DNA from: Bacteroidota bacterium
GTDB lineage: Bacteria > Bacteroidota > Bacteroidia > Cytophagales > UBA9547
Direction of reading: 5' to 3'
DNA: 64,000 nt
NCBI GenBank assembly: GCA_041191405.1
Contig: JBEEOW010000011.1
Span: forward strand, 13,394-77,393
Part shown: positions 49,143 to 60,709 of the stretch, one piece after another
How positions within the stretch are numbered: the stretch's first letter is position 1
How the letters are laid out: the number at the start of each line of letters is the position of its first letter
Notes under the pieces: generated by a model
The model's database searches: none
What the model was told of the DNA's origin: nothing
What the model saw: the letters and a program-made list of their open reading frames with translations, nothing else
Program-made: the position numbers and the translations under genes

Positions 49143-49868
49143 ATGCTAAAAACATTACTTTACACATTCATTTTATCATCATTAATTGCTTGTAATTCAA
49201 AGCATACGAGTGAAATAAAACAAGATTCAATAAAGTATTTTGTTAGGGAAATAAAGAAACTAGCTATTGAGCCAAGTGACTCAATGTTAAATATTAGTTT
49301 TTTCAAATTAAATGATTCTGTTAAAACAGTTAAATTGAAATACAAATTTGAAAGACTAAAAGGCAAATATTCTTTTGAAAAAGCTTTGTCTAAATTCTTA
49401 AATGAAAAATCGTATTCTAGTTTAGATACAAGTTTAGTTGGTACATTTAGAATTAAGTATTCGTATCAGATTGAGCATTTAACATTTAGATCTACTTGTG
49501 TTAAATTAATTGATAATATATTAGAAATTAAAGAATTTGATTGTGAAGGAGGTTGGGGATTACCCTATAAGTTTAAATTATTAAAATCAAGAAATAAGAA
49601 AATCTCTAAAATTGAATTTGAAAAATTTAGAGAATTAATTAGAATTTCAGAATTAGAAAATTTAACAAGTCATGATATTGAAAATGAATCAATGACATGT
49701 TGTATGTGTTCTTATATTCAATTAGAAACACTCAGAAGGAAATATAATTACCCCAAAAACGACTATAAATACATTAAAATAACTCGTAACACTAAAAATA
49801 AACAAAACAACTTCATAATTGCTTGTAACTATCTTTTGGATTTAGCTGAGGTTAAAAATAGATATTAG
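49143..49868 (+). CDS. Hypothetical lipoprotein
   Basis: Lipobox LIAC; 241 aa. Confidence 0.65.
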   Translation: MLKTLLYTFILSSLIACNSKHTSEIKQDSIKYFVREIKKLAIEPSDSMLNISFFKLNDSVKTVKLKYKFERLKGKYSFEKALSKFLNEKSYSSLDTSLVGTFRIKYSYQIEHLTFRSTCVKLIDNILEIKEFDCEGGWGLPYKFKLLKSRNKKISKIEFEKFRELIRISELENLTSHDIENESMTCCMCSYIQLETLRRKYNYPKNDYKYIKITRNTKNKQNNFIIACNYLLDLAEVKNRY

Positions 49869-49910
49869 ATAAAATGATACTTATCTAATATCTATTTTTA
49901 GAAATAATAT

Positions 49911-51206
49911 CTACTCAACAACAACTAAATAGTTATTTTTCTTGCCTTTTGAAATTAATAAGTATTTATTATTCAATAAAGTAGCTTCCAATTTTGCATT
50001 TGCATCCTCAACTTTGGTTTTGTTAATACTTACACCACCACCTTGAATCATTTTGCGAGTTTCAGCTTTTGATGGGAAAATCAATGTACCAATTGTTACA
50101 GCTAAAAAGTCGGTTACGTTAGCAGCAGCTTCTAAGTCAGATTTAGTAATTGTAACTTGTGGAACTCCATCAAATACTGATAACAATGTTCTTTCATCTA
50201 ATTGAGAAAGTGTTTCTAAAGTACCTTTACCAAACAGAATATCAGATGCTTTGATTGCTAATTCTAGCTCTTTTTCGCCGTGAACTAATGTTGTTAACTC
50301 AATAGCTAAAGCTTTTTGCAACACTCTAGCACCTAAATTTTCTGCATGTTCTTTTTCAAGTTTTTCAATTACTTCTCTATCCAATAAAGTGAATATACGA
50401 ATCCATTTTTCAGCATCAGCATCAGTAGCATTTATCCAAAATTGATAAAACTCATAAGGAGATGTTTTTTCGGCATCTAACCAAATATTTCCTTTTTCTG
50501 ATTTACCAAATTTGCCTCCATCAGCTTTTGTTATTAAAGGACAAGTAAACGCAAATGCCTCACCACCAGCTTTTCTACGAACTAATTCTGTTCCTGTGGT
50601 AATATTACCCCACTGGTCAGAACCACCCATTTGTAATTTGGCATTCTTGTTTTTGTATAACCAATAGAAATCGTAACCTTGTAATAATTGGTAAGCAAAC
50701 TCGGTGTAACTGATACCTGTTTCACCTTCGATACGTTTTTTAACGCTGTCTTTGCTCAACATATAGTTTACAGAAATATGTTTTCCTGTATCTCTTAAAA
50801 AATCAAGAAAACTAATTCCTTTAAACCAATCGTAATTATTTACAATTTCGGCAGCATTTGGTTTTGATGGATCAAAATCTAAAAATTTAGCCAATTGCGC
50901 CTGTACACCTTTGATATTTTTTTCAAGTGTTTCAACATCCAATAAATTACGTTCTTCACTTTTTCCACTTGGGTCGCCTACCATACCTGTAGCACCACCA
51001 ACTAATGCAATTGGCTTATGACCAGCTTTTTGTAAATGAACTAATAATAAAATGGGTACTAAACTACCAATATGTAAACTTTCGGCAGTTGGGTCGAAAC
51101 CTATATATGCGGTGGTTATTTCTTTAGCTAATTGTTCTTCAGTACCAGGAATAATATTATGAATCATTCCTCTCCAACGCAGTTCTTCTATAAAATTTGT
51201 TACCAT
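49911..51206 (-). CDS. tyrS: Tyrosine-tRNA ligase
   Basis: [32 protein letters not shown]; C-terminal S4 domain. Confidence 0.97.
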   Translation of the reverse strand: MVTNFIEELRWRGMIHNIIPGTEEQLAKEITTAYIGFDPTAESLHIGSLVPILLLVHLQKAGHKPIALVGGATGMVGDPSGKSEERNLLDVETLEKNIKGVQAQLAKFLDFDPSKPNAAEIVNNYDWFKGISFLDFLRDTGKHISVNYMLSKDSVKKRIEGETGISYTEFAYQLLQGYDFYWLYKNKNAKLQMGGSDQWGNITTGTELVRRKAGGEAFAFTCPLITKADGGKFGKSEKGNIWLDAEKTSPYEFYQFWINATDADAEKWIRIFTLLDREVIEKLEKEHAENLGARVLQKALAIELTTLVHGEKELELAIKASDILFGKGTLETLSQLDERTLLSVFDGVPQVTITKSDLEAAANVTDFLAVTIGTLIFPSKAETRKMIQGGGVSINKTKVEDANAKLEATLLNNKYLLISKGKKNNYLVVVE

Positions 51207-51300
51207 TGTAATTGTGTCAAAATGCAAAATTTTTCAAAAATACAAAAATAGAATCAATTAGACTTGTAATTTTCTGTACTTTCATCATTATCTTTGTAAA

Positions 51301-52347
51301 ATGGTAACAAAAACTGACATTCGTAGTCTTTCTCTAGCTCAATTAACAGAAGCATTGGCTGCTTTTGGTGAAAAATCATTTCGTTCAAAACAAATTTATG
51401 AGTGGCTTTGGAAAAAGTCGGCACATAGTTTTGATGTAATGACAAACTTATCTGTTGGCCTGAGAGAGAAATTGAATGAAAACTTTGTTATCAACGCTGT
51501 AAAAGTTGACGAAGCCCAAGTGAGTTCTGATAAAACTATAAAATCGAGTTTTAAGCTTTTTGACAATAATTTAGTTGAAGGTGTATTAATTCCGACGGAT
51601 GATAGAATGACAGCCTGTGTTTCGTCGCAAGTGGGATGTTCATTAACTTGTAAGTTTTGTGCTACAGGTTATATGGATAGAAAACGTAATTTAGAACCTG
51701 CCGAAATTTACGATCAAGTAGTTCATATACATCGTCAGGCTGAAAGTAACTATAATATTCCATTGACAAATATTGTGTATATGGGAATGGGCGAACCATT
51801 GCTTAATTATGCCAATGTATTGAAATCAGTTGAAATGATTACTTCGCCAGAGGGATTGAATATGTCGCCAAAACGTATTACAGTTTCAACTGCTGGTGTA
51901 GCCAAAATGATTAAAAAACTTGGAGATGATGAAGTTAAGTTTAATTTAGCTTTGTCGTTACACGCAGCAAACGACGAAAAACGAAATACGATTATGCCAA
52001 TCAATGAAAGTAATTCATTGGTTAACTTGGCAGAAGCATTGAAATATTTTTATAAGAAAACTGGTAATAGAGTTACTTTTGAATACATTGTTTTTTATAA
52101 TTTTAACGATACATTACAAGACGCTGAGGAATTATACAAATTCACAAAACATGTTCCTTGTAAAGTAAATATCATTGAATATAACCCTATTAAAGAAGCT
52201 GATTTTGTAAATACTACTGCAAATAAATTAGATGCATTTGCAAATTATCTTCAAAATAAAGGCGTAACTGTTGTAATTAGAAGAAGTAGAGGAAAAGATA
52301 TTGATGCTGCTTGCGGTCAATTAGCTGGCAAGAAAAAGGTGGAGTAA
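51301..52347 (+). CDS. rlmN: 23S rRNA (A2503-C2) methyltransferase, radical SAM
   Basis: CVSSQVGCSLTCKFCATG, MGMGEPL, DIDAACGQL. Confidence 0.97.
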   Translation: MVTKTDIRSLSLAQLTEALAAFGEKSFRSKQIYEWLWKKSAHSFDVMTNLSVGLREKLNENFVINAVKVDEAQVSSDKTIKSSFKLFDNNLVEGVLIPTDDRMTACVSSQVGCSLTCKFCATGYMDRKRNLEPAEIYDQVVHIHRQAESNYNIPLTNIVYMGMGEPLLNYANVLKSVEMITSPEGLNMSPKRITVSTAGVAKMIKKLGDDEVKFNLALSLHAANDEKRNTIMPINESNSLVNLAEALKYFYKKTGNRVTFEYIVFYNFNDTLQDAEELYKFTKHVPCKVNIIEYNPIKEADFVNTTANKLDAFANYLQNKGVTVVIRRSRGKDIDAACGQLAGKKKVE

Positions 52348-52352
52348 AAAGT

Positions 52353-52793
52353 ATGAAAATAAAGAAATTATTGTTTCTAATTATTCCATTTTTGATATTA
52401 TTATCTTGTGAAAACGAAAAGAATGAACAAGATTATATAGTTTTTGAAAATAATCCTCTAGAAAAGGATATTCCTTTTAAGCCTTCAAACGCTCAAATTG
52501 AAAAATTAAATATAAAATTAATTGATTTTCTTAATAGTCAAGAAAAACCAATTTACATTAATAAATCAGGGAATAAAACTCCTTTGATTGAACAATTGAA
52601 ATACTATAAAAGAAGATATTTTGGACGAATTAATATAGAAGGTGATAAAATTATAAAAGTAGAATTTGTATTTGTTCGATGTGCTTCAATGTGTCAATGG
52701 AAAAATGTAATTATTGATAAAAAATATAAAGATTGTATTTTTTCAGTCCAATATAGAGTTGAAGATGATGAAATTTATGGTTTAAATTTTTAA
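52353..52793 (+). CDS. Hypothetical lipoprotein
   Basis: MKIKKLLFLIIPFLILLSC lipobox. Confidence 0.65.
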   Translation: MKIKKLLFLIIPFLILLSCENEKNEQDYIVFENNPLEKDIPFKPSNAQIEKLNIKLIDFLNSQEKPIYINKSGNKTPLIEQLKYYKRRYFGRINIEGDKIIKVEFVFVRCASMCQWKNVIIDKKYKDCIFSVQYRVEDDEIYGLNF

Positions 52794-52824
52794 ATAAGAT
52801 TATTTCAATTATTCAAAGAATCGA

Positions 52825-52946
52825 CTAGCGAAAAACTTACACTTCAGCTCCGCTCAGTGACCGTTTTCGAGTATCAGTTACTCGAAAAATGTACTTTACG
52901 GTTACTGAGCGGAGTCGAAGCATTAGTAAAGTATATTTTTCGCTAG
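52825..52946. repeat. Long imperfect inverted-repeat (REP-like) element
   Basis: ctagcgaaaaa...tttttcgctag ends; ctccgctcagtgaccg pairs with cggttactgagcggag; inner ttttcgagta/tactcgaaaa. Confidence 0.7.
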
Positions 52947-52963
52947 AAATCTTTTATCTAAAC

Positions 52964-53000
52964 AAAAAAACGATTCCCTTTTTCAAGAGAATCGTTTTTT
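52964..53000 (-). terminator. Intrinsic terminator after lpdA
   Basis: aaaaaaacgattc...gaatcgtttttt. Confidence 0.7.
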
Positions 53001-53020
53001 GCATTAAGAGAATTTTTAAA

Positions 53021-54415
53021 TTATAAGTGAATCACTTCACCATACGCATCAGCAGTTGCTTCCATTACAGCTTCTGATAATGTTGGGTGTGGGTGAACAG
53101 ATTTTAAAATTTCGTAACCTGTTGTTTCTAATTTACGAGCAACTACAATTTCTGCAATCATTTCAGTTACGTTTGCACCAATCATGTGAGCTCCAAGTAA
53201 TTCGCCATATTTTGCATCGTAAATTACTTTAACAAAACCATCTTTGTGTCCAGATGCACTTGCTTTACCTGAAGCTGTAAATGGGTATTTACCCACTTTT
53301 AATTCATAACCAGCTTCTTTTGCTTGTGCCTCAGTTAAACCAACTGATGAAATTTCTGGTTGGCAATAAGTACAACCAGGAATGTTACCATAATTTAATG
53401 GCTCAACATGGTGACCAGCAATTTTCTCAACACAAATAATACCTTCAGCAGAAGCTACGTGTGCTAAAGCAGGTCCTTTTACAATATCTCCAATTGCATA
53501 CACACCTGGTATATTAGTTTTGTAATAATCATCAACTAATACTTTTCCTTTGTCGGTAGCAACACCAACTTCTTCTAAGCCAATATTTTCAATATTAGTA
53601 ACAACACCTGCAGCAGAAAGAACTACATCAGCTTCAAGCGTGATAGTTCCGTTTGCAGTTTTTACATTCACTTTTACACCAACGCCTGATGTATCAACAG
53701 ATTCTACAGAAGAACTTGTCATTACTTCAATACCAGCTTTTTTGAAGTTTTTTTCTAATTGTTTAGAAACATCAATATCTTCAACAGGAACAATTCTATC
53801 TTGGAATTCAATAATAGTTACTTTAGTGCCAATTGAATTATAAAAATATGAGAACTCAACCCCTATTGCACCTGAACCAACTACAATTAATGATTTTGGT
53901 TGAGAATCCAACACCATTGCTTCTCTGTACGAAATTACTTTTTTACCATCAATTGGCAAACCAGGTAATTGACGTGCACGTCCGCCAGTAGCTAAAATAA
54001 TATGTTGCGCATCATAAACAGTTTTAGTACCGTTTGCATCAGTAACTTCTACTTTTTTGCCAGCTAATAATTTACCAGTACCAGCAATTACATCAATTTT
54101 ATTTTTACGCATTAAGAACTGAACACCTTTGCTCATTCCACCTGCAACTTCTCTACTGCGTTTTACAACAGCTGAAAAATCAACATTTGCATCTTTTACA
54201 TCAATGCCATAATCTTTTGCATGTTGAATATAATCAAATACTTGTGCACTTTTCAACAATGCTTTAGTAGGAATACAACCCCAGTTTAAGCAAATACCAC
54301 CCAATTCTGAACGTTCTACTATTGCTACCTTGAAACCCAATTGCGAAGCTCTAATAGCTGCAACATAACCTCCAGGACCGCTACCAATTATGATAATATC
54401 GTAAGCACTTGCCAT
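53021..54415 (-). CDS. lpdA: Dihydrolipoyl dehydrogenase
   Basis: IGSGPGGY, GGICLNWGCIPTK, HPHPTLSE. Confidence 0.97.
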   Translation of the reverse strand: MASAYDIIIIGSGPGGYVAAIRASQLGFKVAIVERSELGGICLNWGCIPTKALLKSAQVFDYIQHAKDYGIDVKDANVDFSAVVKRSREVAGGMSKGVQFLMRKNKIDVIAGTGKLLAGKKVEVTDANGTKTVYDAQHIILATGGRARQLPGLPIDGKKVISYREAMVLDSQPKSLIVVGSGAIGVEFSYFYNSIGTKVTIIEFQDRIVPVEDIDVSKQLEKNFKKAGIEVMTSSSVESVDTSGVGVKVNVKTANGTITLEADVVLSAAGVVTNIENIGLEEVGVATDKGKVLVDDYYKTNIPGVYAIGDIVKGPALAHVASAEGIICVEKIAGHHVEPLNYGNIPGCTYCQPEISSVGLTEAQAKEAGYELKVGKYPFTASGKASASGHKDGFVKVIYDAKYGELLGAHMIGANVTEMIAEIVVARKLETTGYEILKSVHPHPTLSEAVMEATADAYGEVIHL

Positions 54416-54616
54416 ATTTATATTTAGTTTTATAGATTCTATTTGAAAAAGCAAATTTAAACTTTATTCTGAATATTATTCAATTCTAGACTTAAGAATT
54501 TAGTTTTTAGACTTAAGACATAAGATGAAAGACTTAAGACTTAAAAAAATATCCACTATCAATTGTCAACTATCAATTATTCACTGAAAACTGACTTCTG
54601 ATAACCGAAAACTCAA

Positions 54617-56065
54617 TCACGTTCCGCAATAAGTTTGATATCCTGCATCAAAATTTGGTGTAATGTATTGATATTTACCAAATTCTTCTTTGAATGTATA
54701 AGGATTTTTTAAAACATCAAGTAATGAATTAAACAATGAAAAATCATTTTTTTGAGATGCAGATTCCAGAGCTTCTTCAACATATTCATTACGAGGAATA
54801 TAAACTGGATTATGTTGCTTCATAATTGTTAAAGCTTCATTTAAACCACCCTCATTTAATTCAACTCGTTTTAACCATTCAGTATATAAGTACTGAAATT
54901 CATTTGAAGAATAAAGTTCATCTGATTGAAATTGTTCACCTTGTAATGCTAAAAATGTATTGGTATAATCAGCTCTTTGTTGATTCATCCAAGTTAAAAA
55001 TGTTTTGATAAAATCTAAATCATTATCTTGTAATAAACTAAATCCTAGTTTATTACACATCATTTGCATCCATTTACTTCTATATTTTTCGTCGAATGAA
55101 TCTAACACTTTTTCAGCTAAAGCAATTGATTTTTCAGGATTTGCATCAAATAATGGTAGTAAAGTTTCTGCAAATGTGGCTAAATTCCATTTCGCAATAT
55201 TGGGTTGATTACCAAATGCATATCTCGAATTTCTATCAATTGAACTAAAAACTGTTCTTGGATCATAAGCATTCATAAATGCACACGGACCAAAATCTAT
55301 ACTTTCTCCAGCAATACTCATGTTGTCGGTATTCATTACTCCATGAATAAAACCTACACGTATCCAATTGATAATCAAATCTACTTGCTTGGAAATTACC
55401 TCATCTAACAAAGCCAAAGGTGGATTTTCGTTAGACTTTAAATGAGGATAATGTCTGTCAATTACATAATTTGTAAATTGTTGTAATTCATCTAAAGAAG
55501 TTTGTGTTCTCACATATTCAAAAGTACCTACTCTTATGTGACTTGATGCAATTCGTGTTAAAACAGCTCCTTGATGCGTGAACTCTCTATAAACATTTTC
55601 GCCAGTTGCAATTACTGCCAAACTTCTAGTAGTTGGAATATTTAAATAGTGCATTGCTTCACTAATAATATATTCTCTGAGCATAGCACTCAACGTTGCT
55701 CTACCGTCTCCCCTTCGTGAATATGGCGTAATACCTGAGCCTTTTAATTGAATATCAAACCTTTGATTATTGTTGGTTAAATGTTCTCCCAATAAAATTG
55801 CTCTACCATCGCCAAGAATATTAAAATGCCCAAATTGATGTCCTGCATACGCTTGAGCAATAGGCGTTGTATTATCAGGGATTTTATTTCCCGAAAATAT
55901 CTCAGCTATTTCATTTTCATTAACTTTTGAAAAATCTAAATTCAATTCCTCAGCCAAAGTATCATTAAAAATTGCTATTTGTGGAGATTTCACTTTGGTT
56001 GGTAACACTTTAGAAAATAAACTTTCAGGCAGTGTTTGGTATGAATTATCGAAATTAAATTTCAT
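54617..56065 (-). CDS. selO: Protein adenylyltransferase SelO (YdiU)
   Basis: AYAGHQFG, LGDGRA, QLKGSGITPYSRRGDGRA, HGVMNTDN; C-terminal TYCGT. Confidence 0.95.
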   Translation of the reverse strand: MKFNFDNSYQTLPESLFSKVLPTKVKSPQIAIFNDTLAEELNLDFSKVNENEIAEIFSGNKIPDNTTPIAQAYAGHQFGHFNILGDGRAILLGEHLTNNNQRFDIQLKGSGITPYSRRGDGRATLSAMLREYIISEAMHYLNIPTTRSLAVIATGENVYREFTHQGAVLTRIASSHIRVGTFEYVRTQTSLDELQQFTNYVIDRHYPHLKSNENPPLALLDEVISKQVDLIINWIRVGFIHGVMNTDNMSIAGESIDFGPCAFMNAYDPRTVFSSIDRNSRYAFGNQPNIAKWNLATFAETLLPLFDANPEKSIALAEKVLDSFDEKYRSKWMQMMCNKLGFSLLQDNDLDFIKTFLTWMNQQRADYTNTFLALQGEQFQSDELYSSNEFQYLYTEWLKRVELNEGGLNEALTIMKQHNPVYIPRNEYVEEALESASQKNDFSLFNSLLDVLKNPYTFKEEFGKYQYITPNFDAGYQTYCGT

Positions 56066-56327
56066 GATTTTTTATTTTAGGCTTAAGATGAAAAACTTAA
56101 GGTAATAACAAAGTTAAAAATATTTTGGACTTAAGTCTAAAATCTAATATCTTAAGTCTTCTTTCTAAAACAAATTTCAAATTTCATCTACATACACCTC
56201 TTTTTTGCCGACTTAAAGACTTATTAAAATTATAGTTTTTTGAATAAATATTCTTTAATTTGTGATAATTAGTACTGAGAATTTATTTTTGATTTTCAAG
56301 TGCTGTAAACTCAAAACCAATTTCAAA

Positions 56328-58970
56328 ATGAATAATAAATCACTCATTTCTGCGAGTTTTTTGTTTTTAGGAACATTAACTAGCATTCATGCTCAAACAA
56401 AACCTGCTGTAACAGCCAAACCTAAGGCTAAAGTTACGGAATCTGTAAGTGTTGGTCCGTGGACTGCAAACGACTTAAAAATTAGTTGGGAAGTTCTTGA
56501 AAACAACGTGAACAATGAAACCAATTTCAAATCAAGACTGGTTATTAAAAACACTGGTAAAAAGAATGTTAACGGTAATGAGTTTAACCTTTACTTTAAC
56601 TTTGCTCGTAAAATTAAATCTGATTTAGTTGAAGGAAAAGCTTCTATCAAACAAATAAATGGTGACTTTTTTCAGTTAACTCCAAACGCTGATTTAGTTA
56701 TTAAAGCTGGCGAAAGTATTACAGTTGATTTTATTTCGGCTGACTGGGCAATCAATTATTCTGATGCACCTGCAGGTTTATATATTATTAAATTAGACCC
56801 AGCTACAAAAAAAGAATTAGGTTCAGAAATTGTTAAAAACTTTTCAGTAAAACCATTTGTAAATGAAAAACAATACAAACGTTTTTCAGGAGATAAATCA
56901 CCATTATTTACTCCAAAATTAAATTTTGACCAAAATAAACAAGTTGTTAAAACTAAACTTGAAGCAGGTAGAATTATCCCTACTCCGCTTAAAGTGGATG
57001 TGCATACTGGTGCATTAACTTTAACGGCAGCTTATAAAATCAATGCCTTACCAACGCTTTCTAACGAAAAACAATTATTAAAATCGTTTTTAGAAACAAG
57101 TGTTGGCGTAGCAAAAGCTGGTGAAGCTACTACAAGTATCAATTTATCTGTTAGTCCTGAAGTTACTGGTTCAGAAGCATATAAATTAACAATCAATGCA
57201 AAAGGAATTGATATTGTTGGATCAAACCTTGCTGGTGTATTTTATGGTATTCAATCATTAAAAGCATTATTCCCTGCAAAAGCATTTGGTAAAGCACAAG
57301 CAGCAGTAAGTTTGCCTTATATTGATGTAGAAGATGCTCCAAGATACGATTTTAGAGGTTTACACCTTGACGTTGCTCGTAACTTTCAAACTAAAAAATC
57401 TATTTTGAAATTATTAGATGCAATGGCATTTTACAAATTAAATAAATTCCATTTTCACTTAACTGATGATGAAGGTTGGAGATTAGAAATTCCTACCTTA
57501 CCTGAGTTAACATCAGTTGGAGGTTCTCGTTCTCATAGTTCAAATTCAAATGAAATTGTTCCTTCATTTGGTTCAGGACCAAACAAAACTTATTCTGGTT
57601 CAGGATTTTATACCAAGGCAGAATTTATTGAAATATTAAGATATGCAAATGAGCGTCATATTGAAGTAATTCCAGAAATTGATGTACCTGGTCACTCAAG
57701 AGCAGCAATCAAAGCGATGGATGCTCGTTATGAGCGTTTGATGAAAGAAGGCAAAACTGCTGAGGCTACCAAATATTTATTAAGAGATTTATCAGACGAA
57801 TCGAAATATTCATCAGTTCAAATGTGGACTGATAACGTGGTTTGTATTTGTCAAGAATCGGCATTTAATTTTGTAGATGCAGTAGTAAATGATATTGCTT
57901 TAATGTATAAAGAAGCAAATGCACCATTAACTACTTTACATATTGGTGGTGACGAAGTTCCTCATGGTGTATGGGAAGGTTCTGCAGCTTGTAAACAATT
58001 AATGGCAAAAGATACAACTATTAAAAGTGTTGATGTTGCTGCCGCTGTTTTCTTGAAAAGATTGAGTAAATCACTTGAAAAATACCATGTTAAAGTTGCA
58101 GGTTGGGAAGAAATTGCTTTCAAAAAAGTGAAAAGCGAAAACGGTGAAACTAAACATGTACCAACAGCTGAATTTGTAAATGGTAATTATCAAGTTTATG
58201 TTTGGAATAACGTTTGGGGTTGGGGAAGCGAAGATGTTGGATATAAATTAGCTAACTTAGGTTACAAATTAATTTTAGCAAATGCTACGCACCTTTATTT
58301 CGATTTAGCTTACAACAAAGACCCAGAAGAACCAGGATATTACTGGGCAGGATTTTGTGATACTCGTCAGCCATACCAATTTATTCCTGATGCATTGTAT
58401 TACAGCGCTTACGAAGACAGAATGGGCAATCCAATCAATCAAGCAGAAATGTTTAATGGAAAAGATTTACTTCAAAATCCATCAAATATTTATGGTATTC
58501 AAGGACAATTATGGAGTGAAAATATCAAATCTCAAGAATTGTTAGAGTATATGGCATTCCCTAGAGTTATTGCATTGGCAGAAAGAGCTTGGGCTTCATC
58601 ATCAATCACAAACGAATGGAAAGCTATTGGTGACCAAAACTTACGTAAGCAAAAAATGGAAGCTGCTTATGTAAACTTTGCAAATATCCTTGGTCAGCAA
58701 GAAATGCCACGTTTATCATATATGAATGGTGGTTATGATTATAGAGTTTCACAACCAGGTGTTTCAGTTGAAGGAGCAATTGCTAAAATCAATATTGAAT
58801 TCCCTGGTTTAACAATTCGTTATACACTTGATGGTACTGAACCAACTGAAAAAAGCAAAGAAGTTGTAGATGGTAAAATTACACTTGCTGGTGCAAAAAC
58901 GTTGAAATTAAAAGCATTTGATGTTAAAGGTAGAGCTTCAAGATTAGTTACAGTTCCTATTGTAAAATAA
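56328..58970 (+). CDS. Beta-N-acetylhexosaminidase/chitobiase (GH20 with N-terminal carbohydrate-binding domain)
   Basis: Signal peptide; RGLHLDVARNF, HFHLTDDEGWR, PEIDVPGH, HIGGDEVP. Confidence 0.93.
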   Translation: MNNKSLISASFLFLGTLTSIHAQTKPAVTAKPKAKVTESVSVGPWTANDLKISWEVLENNVNNETNFKSRLVIKNTGKKNVNGNEFNLYFNFARKIKSDLVEGKASIKQINGDFFQLTPNADLVIKAGESITVDFISADWAINYSDAPAGLYIIKLDPATKKELGSEIVKNFSVKPFVNEKQYKRFSGDKSPLFTPKLNFDQNKQVVKTKLEAGRIIPTPLKVDVHTGALTLTAAYKINALPTLSNEKQLLKSFLETSVGVAKAGEATTSINLSVSPEVTGSEAYKLTINAKGIDIVGSNLAGVFYGIQSLKALFPAKAFGKAQAAVSLPYIDVEDAPRYDFRGLHLDVARNFQTKKSILKLLDAMAFYKLNKFHFHLTDDEGWRLEIPTLPELTSVGGSRSHSSNSNEIVPSFGSGPNKTYSGSGFYTKAEFIEILRYANERHIEVIPEIDVPGHSRAAIKAMDARYERLMKEGKTAEATKYLLRDLSDESKYSSVQMWTDNVVCICQESAFNFVDAVVNDIALMYKEANAPLTTLHIGGDEVPHGVWEGSAACKQLMAKDTTIKSVDVAAAVFLKRLSKSLEKYHVKVAGWEEIAFKKVKSENGETKHVPTAEFVNGNYQVYVWNNVWGWGSEDVGYKLANLGYKLILANATHLYFDLAYNKDPEEPGYYWAGFCDTRQPYQFIPDALYYSAYEDRMGNPINQAEMFNGKDLLQNPSNIYGIQGQLWSENIKSQELLEYMAFPRVIALAERAWASSSITNEWKAIGDQNLRKQKMEAAYVNFANILGQQEMPRLSYMNGGYDYRVSQPGVSVEGAIAKINIEFPGLTIRYTLDGTEPTEKSKEVVDGKITLAGAKTLKLKAFDVKGRASRLVTVPIVK

Positions 58971-58995
58971 GGTTTTAACTACTTTCTCTTAAAGT

Positions 58996-59034
58996 AAAAA
59001 TCCCTCAAGAATGGTTTTCTTGAGGGATTTTTTT
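58996..59034 (+). terminator. Intrinsic terminator
   Basis: aaaaatccctcaagaa...ttcttgagggattttttt. Confidence 0.8.
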
Positions 59035-59141
59035 GTTGCATTACAAAATAAAACAATTCAAACTTCGCATCTAAAACTTGAAATCGAATTAATTACATTT
59101 CATTATTAATATTTTTAAAAAAACTAATAAATATAGCCCCA

Positions 59142-60195
59142 TTAAAGCAAACCTTCCATATCAAAAACCATTAACTCTCCATTGCCTAACAACTGATACA
59201 ACTTGCCATCTTGAAGAACAGGTTTACTCTCTCTGATAGGAATTGATGCTTTTCGTTCCTTTGCCGTTTGTTTTATATTAAAAACATGTTCTATTTCCAA
59301 CGTTTCTTTATTTAAAAAAATAATATGAATACCCGCCCTATAAGTAAAAATAACATGCTTATCTGTTAAATTTATTTCCGTGTAAGCTAAACTCTCATTT
59401 CCACTTGAAAACATAGACCTCTCAATTGTTTTACTTGTAATTTGATTGCCTGTATCTGCATTAAACCTAGAAAAAATATCTACTGCCCCTACCTCTACAT
59501 GAGAATAGATGATACCATTTTCATACACTTGACGACCATGTCCTTTGTGCTCTTTGTTATATATTAATTCACCTGTGTGAACATTTAAGGCCGTTAATGT
59601 TTTATAGGTAGTGAATATTAACAAATCTTTGTGAAACACAAATGGGATACTTGTATTTATTATATTATTTAATTCAGATGCATATTCTTCAGGTATAACA
59701 GATAACGCATCAAATTTCCAAAGTAATTCACCCGTGCTTAAATTAATAACTCTAATGTCATCTAAAATTTTATTTGTATTAAAAATAGAGATAATAATTT
59801 TTTCATTAAAATACCTTACTCCCCTTGGTAAATCCTCGAAACTGATTTTTTTTTAGAATCTCATTAGTATCTAAATTAACAAAAAAATATACTCTCTGAT
59901 TGATACTTTTAACTACTGCAATATTATTGAATGACGCTCCCTCAAACTCACCACCCTCTATATTTAATCTATGAGCTTCATTATCATGAACAAATACATC
60001 ACCAGAAGTCAACACATAATTAAATATAGTATTAAAAAGGGTTGAACCACTACATTCTTCTCCTTCATTTTCTAAATTTTTAAGAACAATCTTACATTTT
60101 TTGTCATAGCTAATTATAACAAGCTTATCCCCTTCTTGTACTACAAAACTTCTAACATTACTGTACTTTAAATATGTAATTAATGACTGTTTCAT
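59142..60195 (-). pseudogene. Single PQQ-like beta-propeller gene split by a frameshift in an A9 tract
   Basis: Removing one A from the run at 59846-59854 joins ORF 59806-60195 to ORF 59142-59639 through an open stretch (...INLSTGELLWKFD...). Confidence 0.75.
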
Positions 60196-60268
60196 TTTTC
60201 AAATTTTGAATTAGTATATCTACAAAAATATTTTTATCTATTGTTGAGATACCAATATTTGTTTTTTC

Positions 60269-60613
60269 CTACCCTCCTATTTTCTTTGCTTTATAACCGT
60301 CTTTAATTAACATTTCCAAAATTTTATCTCTAAAATCACCTTGGATTAAAATTTCACCATCTTTAGCAGAGCCACCAACGCCACATTTGTTCTTCAAAAG
60401 TTTAGCAAGTGATTCTAAATCAGCAGTTGTACCAACAAATCCTGTAATTAAAGTTACTTGCTTTCCACCACGAGCTTTTTTATCTAATTGTACTCTAATT
60501 TGCTGTTGTTGAGGAGGAAGCGTTTCTTGTTCTTCTTCACCTTCGTATTGGTATTCAAAATTAGAATCTGTTGAATAAACAACTCCTTGACGTTCTTTTT
60601 TATTTTTAGACAT
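60269..60613 (-). CDS. Translation initiation factor SUI1/YciH-like
   Basis: [33 protein letters not shown]. Confidence 0.93.
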   Translation of the reverse strand: MSKNKKERQGVVYSTDSNFEYQYEGEEEQETLPPQQQQIRVQLDKKARGGKQVTLITGFVGTTADLESLAKLLKNKCGVGGSAKDGEILIQGDFRDKILEMLIKDGYKAKKIGG

Positions 60614-60709
60614 GGATGTTAGTGGATAATTGAAAGTTGACAATTGATAGTTTAAAGTTAATAATAAATTTAAATTATTTAACTCTGCATTTTCAGATTA
60701 TTTCAATTT

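Noticed and set aside
54617-56065. Selenoprotein recoding of SelO
   Set aside because: The C-terminus is TYCGT with Cys, followed by a normal stop
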